Shown here: piece by piece, positions 41,335 to 55,500 of the stretch
Layout: every line of letters starts with the position of its first letter
How positions within the stretch are numbered: position 1 is the first letter of the stretch
Assembly (NCBI GenBank): GCA_951406725.2
Contig: OX597815.1
Location: 68,758,001-68,822,000, forward strand
Direction: 5' to 3'
Origin: Octopus vulgaris
Lineage: Eukaryota
DNA: 64,000 nt
Notes under the pieces: generated by a model
The model's database searches: none
The model's input: only the letters and a program-made list of their open reading frames with translations
What the model was told of the DNA's origin: nothing
Position numbers and translations under genes: made by a program

Positions 41335-42146
41335 GTAAAACCACTTGGGTTTATTTTTTTTCTATCATTTACTTGTTTCAGTCATTAAACTGTGGCCATA
41401 CTGGGGCACTGATTTCAAATTGACATAGTACTTTTTTTTTGACACTAGTACTTCTATTGATCATTTTGCCGAACTGCTACATTACAGAGATGTAAACAAA
41501 TCAACCACAGGTTGTCAAGTGGTGAGGGGAACAAACTCAGAGACGCATACATATTCAAGCAGTATCAGTGCTAAGCAGTGTTTAGGCATAGGTGAACTTT
41601 AGGTGAGTTAAAATATGTTTGAGACATGTTTCAACTTTTAAAGGCAAATTTACTGTAGTTACTCTGGAGAAAAAATTATTGCTTGGGATAAAATGGTGTA
41701 AAACACCTTATCTAACCAGTGCTGCCCTCTATTGGATTCCCAGATGCATTTCTAGCTCTAGCCATTATCAGTGGGAAATACTGAAGAGAGGTAACCCTGA
41801 GCATATTTTAAAGCCTTAGCTTTTGCTAAAACAGACAGCAACATTGAGTTGTGCCAGTTTGGTGTGTGTCTTTGGGAAATGGGCTTTCCTACAGTTTCCA
41901 TCTACCAAATCCACTCACAAGGAATTGATCAGACTGGGACTATAGTAGAAGACACGTGCTGAAGGTGCTGTGCAGTGAGACAGAGTTTTTTAAAAAATTA
42001 TTTTCATTAAAAGACCACTTCCTTCAAGTCTTCCACAGGTTCCTTTATCTAATTCCACCGATGTTATTGGATTAGATTTGTTTTTGAATGGGGAGCCCAG
42101 TGTAGCACATCTATGTTGTTATTCAGCACGTATTATTATTATCATT

Positions 42147-43122
42147 GCCTTTGCACAGATTTACTACGGTGTCAGCTGTTCACTACCAAGGAACTAAAGT
42201 AACACCTTATTTTCCGAGCAACTTCTGGAGTATTCAAGCGGTTCCAAGATGTGCTGTTTTCTGCAAGTTCTCACCCTTATGGCAGCCCCTATTTGTTTCA
42301 CGTACTTCCCAAGAATTTTACTCACTGTTCCCAGGGCTCCGAAAATTATTGGTACTACAACTACCTTTTTCATCAACCACAACTGCTTAATTTTCCAAGC
42401 TAACCTGTCATAGGATCTTTGCATTTTTATTTTTGACAATGCCTTCAGGTTTGTGGTCGTACCAATTTTTTGCTGTCAGGTTCATACTTGTTACAAAGTG
42501 TCCAATGGACAAGCCTGGCTATTTTATCGTGGCATCTCTTATATTCCTTCTGTGGTAGTGGTGTACATTGGCTGGTAATATGCCATATGGTTTCACCGTT
42601 TTGTCCATAGATTCTGCACTTATCACTTTCTGCTGTGTTTTCTATTCTGTATTTTATGTAGTTCTTAGTGTTTGCTTTTGGGCAGCACAGATTAGAGTCT
42701 CCGTTTCTGGGTTTAAATCACTTTTAGTCATCCACAGTCATCTTTTTTTCTCTGTCTGTCTTGTCTTCAACATCCCTATGAAATTGACCATGCATTCTTT
42801 TCTTTACCCTCCTATTTTCAGTTTCATTTGTTATTAATTTCTTGTATAGTGCTTTATCTTTGCAATCTTTCATCCTACACAAGCCTGACCTAATAATAAC
42901 AGTTCTGTGGCATTTTTTACATACCATGCTATGTTGTTTTCTTCTGCTCTAATGCTGTGTTTGCATCCAATAAGTCCTCTTCCCCCACTCTTTCTTGGTA
43001 CATACAGTGTCTGTGTCACTTTTTGTGTGGAGTGACCCATATCTAGTTAGTAACTTCCTTATCTTTCTGTCTAAGTTGTTTAGTTCATCTACTGTCCATG
43101 CGAATACCCCTGCTCCATATCT
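42147..43122 (-). mobile_element. 5'-truncated R4/Dong-like (RLE-type) non-LTR retrotransposon
   Basis: Peptides YGAGVFAWTVDELNNLDRKIRKLLT, MHGQF, LKPETETLICAAQ, YKRCHDKIARLVHWTLCNKY and LW...VVVVPIIFGALGTV; both ends abut (ATT)n. Confidence 0.8.
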
Positions 43123-43155
43123 ATTATTATCCATCATTATTATCATTATTATTAA

Positions 43156-43606
43156 GGTGGCAGGCTAGCTGAACCATTAGCATGGCAGACAAAATGCTTA
43201 GTCTCTGTCTTTGCATTCTGAGTTCAAATTCTGTCAAGGTCAACTTTGCCTTTCATTATTTCAGAGTCAATGAAATAAGTACCTGTTAAGCACTGGGATT
43301 GATATAATCGACTAGATTCCTGTCCTAGATTTCAGGCCTTGTGTGTATAATAGAAAGGATATTATTAGTTTTGGTTATATTATAATAATAATAATAATCC
43401 TTTCTACTATAGGCATAGGGGCTGAAATTTGGGTTGGGGTATATGTTGATTACATCAACCCCAGTACTCAACTGGTACTAATTTTATTGGTCCTGAAAGA
43501 ATAAAAGGCAAAGTCGACCTTGGTGGAATTTGAATTCAGAGTGCAAAGATGGACGAAATGCTGCTAAGCAATTTGCCCAGTGTGGTAACAATTTTGCCAG
43601 CTTGCC
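43156..43606. mobile_element. Two family A SINEs tail-to-tail (43156-43360 on +, 43397-43606 on -)
   Basis: Both match the 369-597 type; separated by a short (TAA)-rich spacer. Confidence 0.82.
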
Positions 43607-45393
43607 AGAAATGGCAATATGTATGAAAATGTTTCATCCAAAAAAATATTTGAGTCTGTAAAAAAGTAATTCATCTGAGAATATGATAAATATTTTTTTT
43701 AAATATTTCATCTGAAATTGTGTAAAAGTAAATGTTTTCTTGAACAAACTAAGGCTGTATTAGAATTAATGATTTGTCTAAAAAGATAATGGGGCTAGTG
43801 AGGCAGAGAACTGCACCAAGCTCCAGTGCTACCTTTGGCATGGTTTCTATGGTTGTATAATACTCTTCCTAATGTCAACCACTTTACAGAATGTACTGGG
43901 TGCATTTTACATGGTACCAGTATTAGTGAAGTAAGTAACTTGCAAGACAAGACCACCTCATCTGAGTGGGGTGGTAGTATTGAGAGAGGTGGGTGTATGT
44001 CAGGTGATGAGAAGTTGAAGTATGATAGAGGGATAGGAACAGGTGCCTTGCTGTAGGGGAGATGCATGTTTACTCTAGTTGGAGAACAAAGACAGTGGTG
44101 GTGGTGGTGGTGGAGATGTGTTAGGGCATGCCTTCAAGTTAGAGGAAGGTGAATATAAGGGAAGTGGTATGGGTGGAGAAATAAATTCACAGAAGAGTGA
44201 GAGGAAGTGACAGATGGGAATAGAGAGACTGGCTGTATATTCATTTCACTTTCTAACTTGTGTTATTGAAAGTTTCTATAAATTCATTATTATTTTATAT
44301 AAATGTACAAATACCTTTTATTATTATCCAATGTTATATCATGAAGTAAGTCACATCTATTTTGTATTGGATTGACATAGAAAGCCACAGCACTTTTTCA
44401 ATATGTAATAATGTAATGTATTGTCAGTAGTAGGATTTAAGCCAACTGGTTCCTAGTTCATTTAGTGCTTTTACTTCTAAACTATGAAGCAAAATATGTT
44501 GAATTAACTATCTACTTAATTATTTATCATCTTAGTCTGGCTTATTACTTATTGAAACTAATATTTCAGCGTATTTTATTGAATCTGTTATTTAGATGTG
44601 TTAAAAGTTGTTTCTCGAAAACTTATATACATTACTTCTGCATGAATGAGGTGGGTATTTGTTGGGTTTTTTTTCTTTTAATAACTTCCCAATACAGTTG
44701 AGTGTCCTTAGTGTCCTTGCTATTAATGCTTACTCAGTTATGATGTAGCAAATACAATCCAAGCAAGTATGGCTTGGTACCATGCATTCACTAATTATTT
44801 TAGTTGCAAGAAGACATAGACATCCTTTTGGGTCCCTCACCCATGGCCCACTAGAACATTCAGAGTGTGGTTGCTGGAGAGAAAGCAAGGGTATATTAGC
44901 ATTTTGCTACTACAAGCAATGTGAAATGAGGTGCTTTGCCAAAACCACAACTTTCTGCCTAGTCCAGGAATTGAACCTATGGTCTTATGATAACGAGTCA
45001 TACACCCAAGCTATTAGGCTAAGCTCAAGTAGTAAGTGGAATATTTGTTGTTAGTCAAGCCAATTAGAGTAATTATGTGACCAGAATTTTATGAAAGCTC
45101 GGGAGGCAATGCAGAGACTGTAATATTTGACCTTTAGGGTCAGTATCAGTAAACTATGGAAGTTTCATCTCATGACCATTGTTGCCTCTGAATCATTGAA
45201 AAATTTTCTATTATCTGCTTGACTTGATTTATTACCAAACAACTGCTATAACAGGTTTTTCTAAATATAACATTGAGATAAGAGGTTCAACTGGCTTCTA
45301 ACATCAGAAACAGGTTAACAAACAATCTAAATAGACCATTGACTTTTTGTGCATCAAAACTGTCTTACTATCTCTTTTGACTTTATCTTGTAG

Positions 45394-45471
45394 GTGGTGA
45401 AATTAACTCAAGACTTGGAACAGGAAAAATCAAAAGTCCGTTCATTGAAATCGGAACTGGATAAATTAAAA
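45394..45471 (+). CDS. GKAP1: GKAP1 coding exon 9 (VVKLTQDLEQEKSKVRSLKSELDKLK)
   Basis: Acceptor ctttatcttgtAG; donor AAA|GTGAGT; 78 nt; LEQExSKV motif. Confidence 0.93.
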
Positions 45472-45631
45472 GTGAGTTTTCTTGAGCTACAATGATGGGA
45501 AGGTGGAGTTAAGCCATGAAACAGGTTTAAGTTGGAAAGTGGTTTCTCTACTTTTTGTTTTTATGGCTGAGTCAGACGAAGGTCAGCATCCACAATCCTT
45601 TTCTGAGTCCAAACTGGAGACCCTAACTTAA

Positions 45632-47763
45632 CCCTTTCAATACCAACCTGGCCGTAGCTGGCCAAAAAATCTTTTGGTTCATAAGATTGAGAGTACCCAT
45701 TGTTATTTAAATGTGAATTTAAACACAAATCTCATTAGTACATTCGTGAAAACATGTGATTTCACTTAGTAAATAGTTGAGTTATAGTATCCAACATTGT
45801 TCAACATGATATCTGAACTTAGTGAATTTTGGGAGATTTTTTTCCAAACTTTTTCAGCGTTGATTTTTTTTCAACTTTGAAAATGGAGAGGAGTTTCATG
45901 CTGTCAAGCAGTGATTCTGAATTCGAAGGTTTTTCAACGGAAGATATGGAGATATTGAGAAAAAGAATGAATGAGGTACAAAAGCATGTGGCGTACAAGA
46001 ATGAATCGGATATTTCTGTATCCGAAACTGAAAGTAGCGATTCTGAAGAAACTGAAAGCAGCAATAGCGACAGCAAAGACAATTTTACATCGGAATGGAG
46101 TAAAAAGTTTTTAAATGTTTTTAACAATTTTTCTGGGGAGATGGGGGTCTGCCCATAGTCTTTCTCAGGAAGCAAAGCCGTTAGACTTTTTTCTTATTTT
46201 TACCAGTATGCTTGTTTGAAGTGATCACTGCAGAAACAAACCGTTACACAGAATGTAAACAAACAGTATATGTTAGGAAACGGGGTATCAAAGTTTGTGG
46301 GTACTGTTGTGGATTTAGTTTTTATACAAGGAAAAGAGACAATAATGTTAGTCAGCATAGCCTAGGGTAGAATGTGGTCTGGAATTTATCAATTCCATAC
46401 CATGACAGGGACGTAATTATTTTTGACTGATTTTTTAGTTTGGTCAAACTTGCGGTGGATTTAGAAGCTGTGACAATGTATATGTGTGCTACAGTAATTG
46501 CTAGTAGAAAAGGGCTGCTGTTGGATATAAAAAAAAAAGCAAAATTAAAAGAAGGTGGTGAAATTATCCAACAGCAGAAAGGAAATCTGCTAGCGACCAC
46601 ATAGAGATAAGAGGCAGATAAATTTTCCATTTACCAGTGCACAACCATGTGTTGATAAAAATGGCACCCTGTTTGTGAACCTTGATTATAACAAGTACAT
46701 GAGCAGTGTGGATCGGCTGAACCAGATTATGAGTTATTATCCAGTTGGTAGACCGGGTAGTAAATGGTGGCAATACCTGGTTTGGTATATAGTAAACATG
46801 AGCATTGTAAATGCATTTATATTATATATACCAAATCAGGAGGGACTTGCAAGTGGTGTGACCATCTGCAGTTCCAAGCAAATGTAGCAATGCAGTTGAG
46901 GGCAGGTTATTCCTCAAAAAAAATAACTACAGGAAGGAAAACTCCAGCCTGCCAGAGAGATATCCCTCTGAGTTCAGTTGATCTCCATAAATTAGAAAAA
47001 TTCAGAGGTTGCAAAAGGCAGTGCTGTGAATGTCTATCAACAAAGAAAATCTCCCAGTGGACGGTCAGTTGAAACGTCTTTCCAATGTGCATTCTGCAAG
47101 ATTGCAGTATGTAGAGTGGGATGTTTTACAACTTTCCATGATAGAAATAGTGTGAATATTGTATATATGTATGATTAGATTGTATAAATATTTTGCAAAC
47201 TTACTTCATTTTACTTTTTATTTACTTGTAATTTTAATTTACCTGTAATTTACTTATAAGGTGAGTGACGAGTTTTGATTCAATTTCTATTGTAAATCTT
47301 TATTATATATGTTCCTGTGTTTTCATGTATGTGTGTGAGTATATTTCATTTAGTTGATGTATTTAATTTTCTAGTTTTCTTCAAAAACAAATTCCAGTAT
47401 TTCAGTTTATTTCACCTTTATGGTGCACAATTCTTCTCTATCAAAATTTTGTTGCATACCCATTTGAATATTAGCTGATTATTCATTTTCTATGGTGATG
47501 TTTAAACAAGTTTTAAATATTTTTACATTTTGCTCAGTTTACCTGGGTTTACCTGTAATTAGAGTTGCTTTGAGACAAAAGTTATGCAATATAATTGATT
47601 AAGAACCCTTTCTTTAATTATGTTCCAAATATCACATTAATATGTTGATAAGTAAAAAAAGTAACAGTTGTTTAATGAAACTAGTCTAAATTCATGATTA
47701 TTTTAGAATTTAACTGAAATTCATGAGGGATGTATTTTGGTCAGAAATATAGTAACGAAAGGG
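45632..47763 (+). mobile_element. Defective piggyBac (PGBD4-like) transposon
   Basis: TTAA|CCCTTTC...GAAAGGG|TTAG termini; acidic N-terminus (SSSDSEFEGF); ITAETNRY; DYNKYMSSVDRLNQIMSYY...KWWQYLVWYIVNMSIVNAFILY; C-terminal Cys-rich region; internal deletions and frameshifts. Confidence 0.9.
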
Positions 47764-48114
47764 TTAGATATGTGGAACAGAGTGAACTCTACCAATGGCA
47801 CCCAAAGTTCAGGTCATGGTATTAAGCTGAGTGACAGAATAAGACAACCAAACCAAAGCTGAAAGAGTTTCTCTGACAAGCTTTCACATTGTTACTCTTG
47901 ACTAGTTTTCATGTTTAAGACTGGTCTACTCCAGGCTATATCAGAAGACATTTGCCATTGGTACCATGTTAATCAAATAATGAAAGAATAGAAATTTAAA
48001 AGATAAAAAAATGCATTTGTACATTTCTTTCATCTAAAAATATATATTGTGTTTTTTATAAAATACTGGGTGTATTTTCTTATGACACCAATACTAGAGA
48101 AGTTGAATAGTTTT

Positions 48115-48368
48115 CCGATGTGGGTGACACGTAAAAAGCTCCATTCAAGCGTGGTTGATGCCAGTACCACCTGACTGAACCCCGTGTCGGCACGTAAAAA
48201 GCACCCACAACACACTTGGAGTGGTTGGCGTTAGGAAGGGCATCCAGCTGAAGAAACCATGCCAGATCAGATTGGAGTCTGGTGCAGCCTCCTGGCTTGC
48301 CAGTCCTCAGTCAAACCATCAAACCCATGCCAGCATGGAAAGCGGACGTTAAATGGTGATGATGATGA
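48115..48368 (+). mobile_element. RTE 3' UTR fragment
   Basis: Conserved RTE 3' end with (GAT)n tail. Confidence 0.78.
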
Positions 48369-48713
48369 AGTTAAGTAAATGGCCCTCACTACCTTATACT
48401 TTCACTGCTCATTTGCCAGCCACTTTATAATATGTACTGGATGCATTTTCTCATGACACTAACACTAGAAAAGTAGCCTCATTCACCAATGACTCTTGAA
48501 GGAATGTGATGGGGATGGGCTTTCCATCATAGCACCAGCGAGGGATGTAGGTATACCTTGTATGCAGTAAATATAAAGAGGGCTCAGTAACTTAAAGCAT
48601 GTAGACTGAGGAAGTAGTATTGCAGAGAGAGTGTTGACAGTAGAAGGCCAGAAATAGGGAGAGTAAAATAAGACTAATTTTTTTCTTTTCTGCATTCCCT
48701 TTATTTAGTATTA

Positions 48714-49177
48714 CCGTATTTGATGGCATATTAGACATACCCCAGTTTCATCTGCACACATTCAAGAAAAATATTTTTAATGCATTAAAACCTGTAATAT
48801 AGGACCCAGGGTGATTTCCCTTTTATCTTTTACTTGTTTCAGTCATTAGACTGCAGCCATGCTGGGGCACTGCCTTGAAGAAGTTTTAATCAACCCCAGT
48901 ACATTTTTTTTTTCAAGCCTGGTATTTATTCTATAAGTTGCAAGGATGTAAACACACATACACCATGGGCTTCTTTCTGTCTGCCATATCTTTGCAAAAG
49001 ACTTTGGTCAGCCCTAGACTGTAGTAGAAGACACTTACCCAAGGTGTTCACATAGTGGGACTGAACCCACAGCCATGTGGTTGTGAATCAAACTTCTTAC
49101 CATGCCTGCACCTATTTATTTTATTTATCGAATATTTTAGGGAAGAAAATATGCATCTTATGTGCCATTAAATATGG
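48714..49177. mobile_element. Tc2/pogo-like MITE interrupted by a family B SINE (48820-49112, minus)
   Basis: TA|CCGTATTTGATGGCATATTAGA ... TCTTATGTGCCATTAAATATGG|TA imperfect TIRs. Confidence 0.6.
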
Positions 49178-49215
49178 TATTATAATTTTTTTCTCTTTCT
49201 TTTTCTAAATTTTAG

Positions 49216-49254
49216 GGCTCCAAGCACAATAAAGGAGACTCGAAACACAGCTGA
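49216..49254 (+). CDS. GKAP1: GKAP1 terminal coding exon 10 (GSKHNKGDSKHS*)
   Basis: Long polypyrimidine tract and tttAG at 49214-49215; TGA at 49252-49254; short basic tail as in GKAP1. Confidence 0.85.
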   Translation, partial: GSKHNKGDSKHS

Positions 49255-49896
49255 AGATGTTTCAGTGACTGGTCACATTTGAATTAATTGTATTATCAAT
49301 ATGGAATCAGGAAGTAGCCAGGAATATTGCCAATTTACTCCCAAGATTCTCCGATGCTACTGTTTGATGATCGATGCCAACCACTTCACGGAAGGAAAGA
49401 AAAAAGAGTAAAAATAAGAAAAAAATAAGCATTAACTATTTTTAAATTACAAGAGAACCAAATGGATGTATTTCTCAACTCCTTTGCTGTTTTTTCTTCT
49501 GTTTAAAAAATTTTTTTTTAACCTCTTCATCAATTAATGTCCATAATGAATATGAATTTTGGAAGTGAATAGCTCCTGTATATAGAGCAGCTATAATTAC
49601 TACTTCATCCATTTGTAGTTCCCAACTTAGAAGATTGAGCTACTAAATTCTTCTGAATATTTCTTCATACACAACTAATTGACATCTTCACTCTACTTGC
49701 TCAACAACTGTTTGCTTCTGTTCTTGGTAGTTTCAGTTTTTCTTTCATCATATTGCATGTGTATACATGCACATGTATGAATGTGTGTGTGTATGTATAA
49801 AAGTAGGATATCTATTTGTAGACTACTAAATCAGAAAGTATATAAACCTGATTATAGTGAGATTTCATTGTATCTTGGGAAGGTCATTGTGCCAAC

Positions 49897-49906
49897 AATA
49901 AATAAA
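49897..49906 (+). terminator. Candidate polyadenylation signal(s) of GKAP1 (overlapping AATAAA x2)
   Basis: AATAAATAAA about 640 nt after the stop, followed by T-rich sequence (ttctatgtcacttcttttatt). Confidence 0.5.
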
Positions 49907-51160
49907 AAACATGCACCGGTTCTATGTCACTTCTTTTATTATTATTAATTTTCTGGCACTTTACATTCAGAGTTCAAATTCTGCCAAGGTCAGTTTTGCC
50001 TTTTATCCTTTCAGGATCAATAAAATAAGTACCAGTTGAGCACTGAGGTCAGTGAAATCAACTTACCTGTCCTCTAAGATTGCTGGCCTTGTGCCTAAAT
50101 TTGAAACAATTATTATTAGTCAACTACGTGACCAATTAACTAATTGATTGTTTGATTAATCATTCATTCAGTCAGTTAAGTTCATCCAGACTCCTTTTGT
50201 TGCCATATGAGACCTCATCAATGATATGGCCTCTCTTACCAAGGTCTGTCTATCTCCTAGTTTACAGATTGTATATTTATATTTATGGAGATGTGAGAGG
50301 GAGAATGTGTGTGCGTGCATGCTTGTGTGACATGGTGTGGATTCTGTCAGTGCATCAAATGAAAATAGTGAGAACCAGGTGGGAATTGAACCCACATGCT
50401 CTGGTTGACGTCCAAGTATATTCAACCACTTTTACCATACCATTTGCCATTCACTAATGTCCTTGTCTCACAAACATGCACTTATGTTAGTGTGTTCATG
50501 CATATATCTATTACATATATGCATGCATTTCTTCCAACAATATGCAAATCTTCACATTTGTATCCCCCCACCCACCAAAAAATAAAGGAAAAAGACTGTC
50601 CAAGGAAAAAAAAATCTGTGAAAAACCTGTATGCGTGTATTTATACAAAAAACAAGCTCACACCACCATACACACACACTCATATACACACACCACACAC
50701 AAAAACGTTCATATTGATTGGCATTTAAAATTTTTTTAATATTTTATTTGATAGTAGTGCAGAGTTCAAAGCTGACAGCAGGTGGGTGGGTAAAAAATCT
50801 CCTTCCTTTCTTAAAACAAAAAAAAACCAAAAAACAAAACAAAACAAATCTTTTTGTCTGTTTATTAACAGTGAAATGAAACTACAAACAATATGCACAT
50901 GGCTTACATCTAATTCTTCTTCAGTTGCTTTGTATTGAAAAAACGAAAGAAAAAATAATAAATTCTTTCCGTATGAGTTGGCATCAGCATACATCATATG
51001 TATCATTTCATAGCTTTTCTTATCTTGTATTTATTTTTAAGAATTTTTTCATTTATTTTTTTTCTCGTACTGTTTGTCTTTCATGAAGTTTACAATAATA
51101 CTTTTTTCTTTTCTTTTCAGTTCAAAATTTTTTTTTCTGCATTTTTAGTATATCATAAAA

Positions 51161-52509
51161 CAGGGTGTCCCAGAATTAACTATTTCAGTGAAATTGGACA
51201 ATTTTCTTTACAAACTCACTTTTATTTATGCTTATCATCTTTATATATATAAAACTGAGAATGTGTGCCTGTCTGTCTGTCTGTGTGTTTCCCTAAAACT
51301 TGAGAACTACGCAACCAATTTCATTCAAATTTTACACATGCCTTACTTAGGGTCCGAGGAGTGCCATCGGCAAAAATTTTAACTTTTTGCCTAGGGCGAG
51401 CCTACAGCAATATCATATCTTCTCCACTACGATTCCCTAAAACTTGAGAACTACACAACCAATTTCATTCAAATTTTACACATGCCTTACTTAGGGTCCA
51501 TGTAGTTTCATGGACAAAAAAAAATGTTCAACTTCTTGCCTAGAGCGAGCCCATAGCAATATCATATCTTCTCCACTATTTCAGTATTACGTGTTAAAAG
51601 TGAAACAAAAATATTTCTCTATTTTATGTCAGATGCTTTCATTTTAACAATAAAAATAATAATAATTGAATTATATGTAGTAAGTAATAATTAAAATCAA
51701 ACTAAAGTATAATATAATCGTAACAAAACAAAAGTAAAAATAGCAATTGGTACAAAATTGCATCAATGATTTGAACTTGAATAAGTGGTTTCACATGAAT
51801 GCGAATAAATTATAAAAAAAATTAGCGTCCAGATGGATAAAAAATTAAATTAAAGAAAAGACTATTGTCTATAAAGTATACAATGTAGAGAAAAAAGAAG
51901 AGCTAACAATTCCAGTCTGTTATATATTTTGAGTATTGTTATCACTAGCGATATCAAGATATAATTTTGTATTTTATGTGTAGATGTATATATATAGATG
52001 TACATGTAATATGTACACATATATACATGCACTAGCACTATGACCCGGCAATGACGGGTCTTTAATGCTAGTATTTAATATTTGTTAGAAGTGTATAAAT
52101 TTTTTATTTTGTTTATAATTTTTATAATTTTTTTTACAATTTTATTTTCATTCCTGTTGGCTCATCTGTCCACAACAGCTTTTTTTCAGTTTGGTGGCAA
52201 TCATTTTCTCTACCACCATCTCCAGGATGGAGCAATAAGTTTAGCTGAACATAAAGAACACATTCAGTTGGCAGTGCAGGAGATAAGTCTTGAAATGCTT
52301 CAAAATGTGTTTCACATTGCTAAGAATAGATTTGAAGTTTGCAGAGATACCGATAGAGCACATGTTGGAAAAAATTCAATAAAGTTTTTACATATGATTT
52401 ATAAATTTATTTGTTTTAATATCATAATTAAGTAATAAACATAAAATTTAGTCAGTTTTCCTAAAATTTGCCCAATTTCATTGCAGTTGATAGTTAATTC
52501 TGGGACACC
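51161..52509 (+). mobile_element. Tc1/mariner deletion derivative carrying a nested Helitron
   Basis: TIR (cag)ggtgtcccagaattaactat / atagttaattctgggacacc; transposase C-terminal remnant LAEHKEHIQLAVQEISLEMLQNVFHIAKNRFEVCRDTDRAHV (52240-52365). Confidence 0.75.
51238..52071 (+). mobile_element. Non-autonomous Helitron
   Basis: A|TC 5' end followed by TATATATAAAA and (GTCT)n; subterminal hairpin GACCCG-gcaatga-CGGGTC; 3' CTAG|T; no TSD; internal ~145-bp tandem duplication (51289-51428 and 51433-51577). Confidence 0.88.
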
Positions 52510-55500
52510 AATGTTTTCCAATCATCATCATCATTATAACATCCACTTTTCTATGCTTGCATGGGTTGGATGGAGATTTTAACATTAAAGTATATTTTCT
52601 ATAGCTGGATGCACTTTATGTCATTAACAACTTGTTTCCAAGCAAGGTAATATTAGAATATTGGAAATGAATGACATTGCTTGCATGACTGTGACACTCA
52701 TAACTATCATGTTCTGTCAAGACAGGGAGATGTAAACAGACACACACATACATGGAGTATCATTGACTTCCCAAGATCATACTATATAGCAAACTCTCCT
52801 CTGGTCACCATGATAGAAAAAAACCCCAAAAAAGAGGTACAAGGACTCCTTAAAATTATCCTTCAACACCTGCCACATTGATTACCACCAGTAGTCTGTT
52901 CTTGCCCTGGCATCTCATTAACCACCAGGCAACAACCTCCTGTGAAGACACCTGCAGAATCATCCTTGTAGATAAGAGAAAAAAGGAAGAATAGCAAGGA
53001 CACTACAAACATCTCTGAACAGCCTACCTTTCTATGTAGACAATGTGGTCATGCCTGTTTGTCCCAAAATTGACTTTCCAGGTGTCAGAAAGCTTACAAT
53101 AGATGTGGGAATTCCTACCTCTTTAAATCTTCACTCACAAAGCCAGAAGAGCCAAGGTATATATGCAAGCATGGAAAAGTGGATGACCTGTATAGAACAA
53201 ACTTCTTTTAGTTTCTGTAGTCCAAATTCAGTCACAGTGCTTTGTTAGCCTGGGACTATAGAGAACACTTGTCCAAGGTGCCATACACTTGACTGAACCT
53301 GAAGCCATATTGTTGGGAAGCAAAAAATTTTGACCACACTGCCATATCTGCACCTAGTCATCCTTAATTTAATTCTGGAATCAGTGAACAACCTGAAAAA
53401 TCTTCAGTGTTCAGTTTGAACAGTTTCTGTTCGTAGTTAAGAAGCTTACCTCCCAACTACGTGGTTTTGAGTCTAATCTCTCTGCACAGCAACTTAGCCT
53501 TGAGTTAACCAAAGTTTTGTGATTGGATTTGATGGAAGGAAACTGAAAGAAGCCCATTGTTAGTGTGAATGTATTTCTGTTTATTCTTGTTTTGACATCA
53601 CATAATGATTGTAAATGAACATCATAGTTATACAAGTGTATTGTTTATTTCTAGTCTTCTGTGATAAACATGTTTGGAAACAGGTAAAGGTTGATAGCAG
53701 GAAGAATATCCAACTAGAGAAAATCTGCTTCAAAGAATTCCATCTAACCTATGCAAGTAAGGAGAGTTGTTAAATCATTGATGCAATAGGAACTTCACAA
53801 AACTATTTAACACCAACATTGTACACTATTTTTAACAACCAGTTCACATTTATTGTTGGCTAAATAGAAAATGATAGAAGATTGTCATTTATTATTAGCT
53901 TGATTGTCAAATTGCACTATTTCAGTTGAATATATCCAGAGTTAATATTCTTTCATCGATCTATTAGGTTTGTAAATGAGTTTGGTATTACTTTTCTCTT
54001 TCTATACATGTGGCTGTGTATGAATTTATGCCTGTGTGACAACTGACTGGTTAATGAGTTAAACAGAATATGGCGATGGTGGGAGGTATTGGAAAGAGAG
54101 AGTGTAAGAAATGAGGAGTTGTTGGCTGGAAAAGGGCCTGACTTGTGTGTGTGTGCATGCATATTTGTTTATTGCTTTACTAGCATACATCAATGTAAGA
54201 AGGGGAAAAAAAAGGATTGAATAAATTCAAGCAAATGCCTCAGTAAGCACTTCTGTAAACAAAACCTGGCTAACAGGATGTCCAATCCAGATTATAGTAA
54301 TCTGTCTATATTGTTAAATTCATATGACAAGTGCAAATTGTTAATCCAAACTTTATCATCAATTAGTAATTTTGGTGTATTTATCACAAAGTATACTAGG
54401 AAAGAAATAAAGAATGCAGAATTATATTCATATGATACTTTATTCACTTGAGCATGTTTTAAATTGTCTGACAAACTGAATTCATTGTACATAATAGTTT
54501 GCTTACTTAATCAACCAATTTACAGAACCGTTGTTTCTTGAGCCATTCTTCCCAAAGCTCTAAGAAGTATCTGTTTTGATTTTATTTTGGAAGATCTACA
54601 CAATGAGAGCTAATGGAAGAGTTTAGCTGAAAGTTGGCATATCAAGTTTCTTCACATGATTTATTACTCTACAGTGAGCTGTTGGTCTTGGGATTTCCTC
54701 TATCAGACTTGTGTAAATAAAAGAAAATAACAGTTGTGTCTGTCTAATGTCAAAATAAATTCTTGTTTGAGTGTGTAAGGTTATTCAAGTGCAAATCAAT
54801 TCACAGTAAAGAACACAGTGTACAGTTAAAACATTGCCTATTGGGTTATTAGGGAAATTCAGATTTGTGATCAGTGAATAAAACTAAATAAAATATATTT
54901 AAAAAGAATTCTAATAAATAAAATATATTCTAGAGGAAAGATAAACTCCATTACTTTAGTTATGCAAATTATAGACCATGGTTGGAAGTTGTGATGAATG
55001 GAGTGCTTAAATGCTAATTAGTAGGTGAAACAAAAATGAGGAAGGGGGAATCATTAAAATATGATCTAAGTATTAAATTAATCCTAATTCAGGTTGGTTG
55101 GGAGATTTCTTATATTGTTATATGTTGGTTTATAAGAAGTGTAATCACTAAGGTATTGAATTTATATGTAGTAGGACAAACTAATCATTTCAGATTTTGG
55201 CTTGGAAAGGCTAAGAATATTTTACTGTATAAATGTGAGCATCAAATCAAAAGTTCTTGATGTTAGTTACATTTGATAAGTTCAAGTGTTTCCTCCAGGC
55301 ACACATTGCACTGAGAATTTTCCTTCACTAGACAGAGGAGCATGTCCTATTATAGACCACATAATAGAATATATAACATTATACTCCTTGTGTTTCCAAA
55401 TAAATTTGCTTCATGATGTAGCATTCAAACAAAGAAATATGATTATATGGTCTGGATTTGAATTTTGTAGCACAAGTGCCTATTTAATAATATACTTCTC

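Noticed and set aside
45829-47150. Nested or domesticated PGBD gene
   Set aside because: Multiple stops, frameshifts and a large internal deletion; the catalytic motif is degraded (MSSVDRLNQ).
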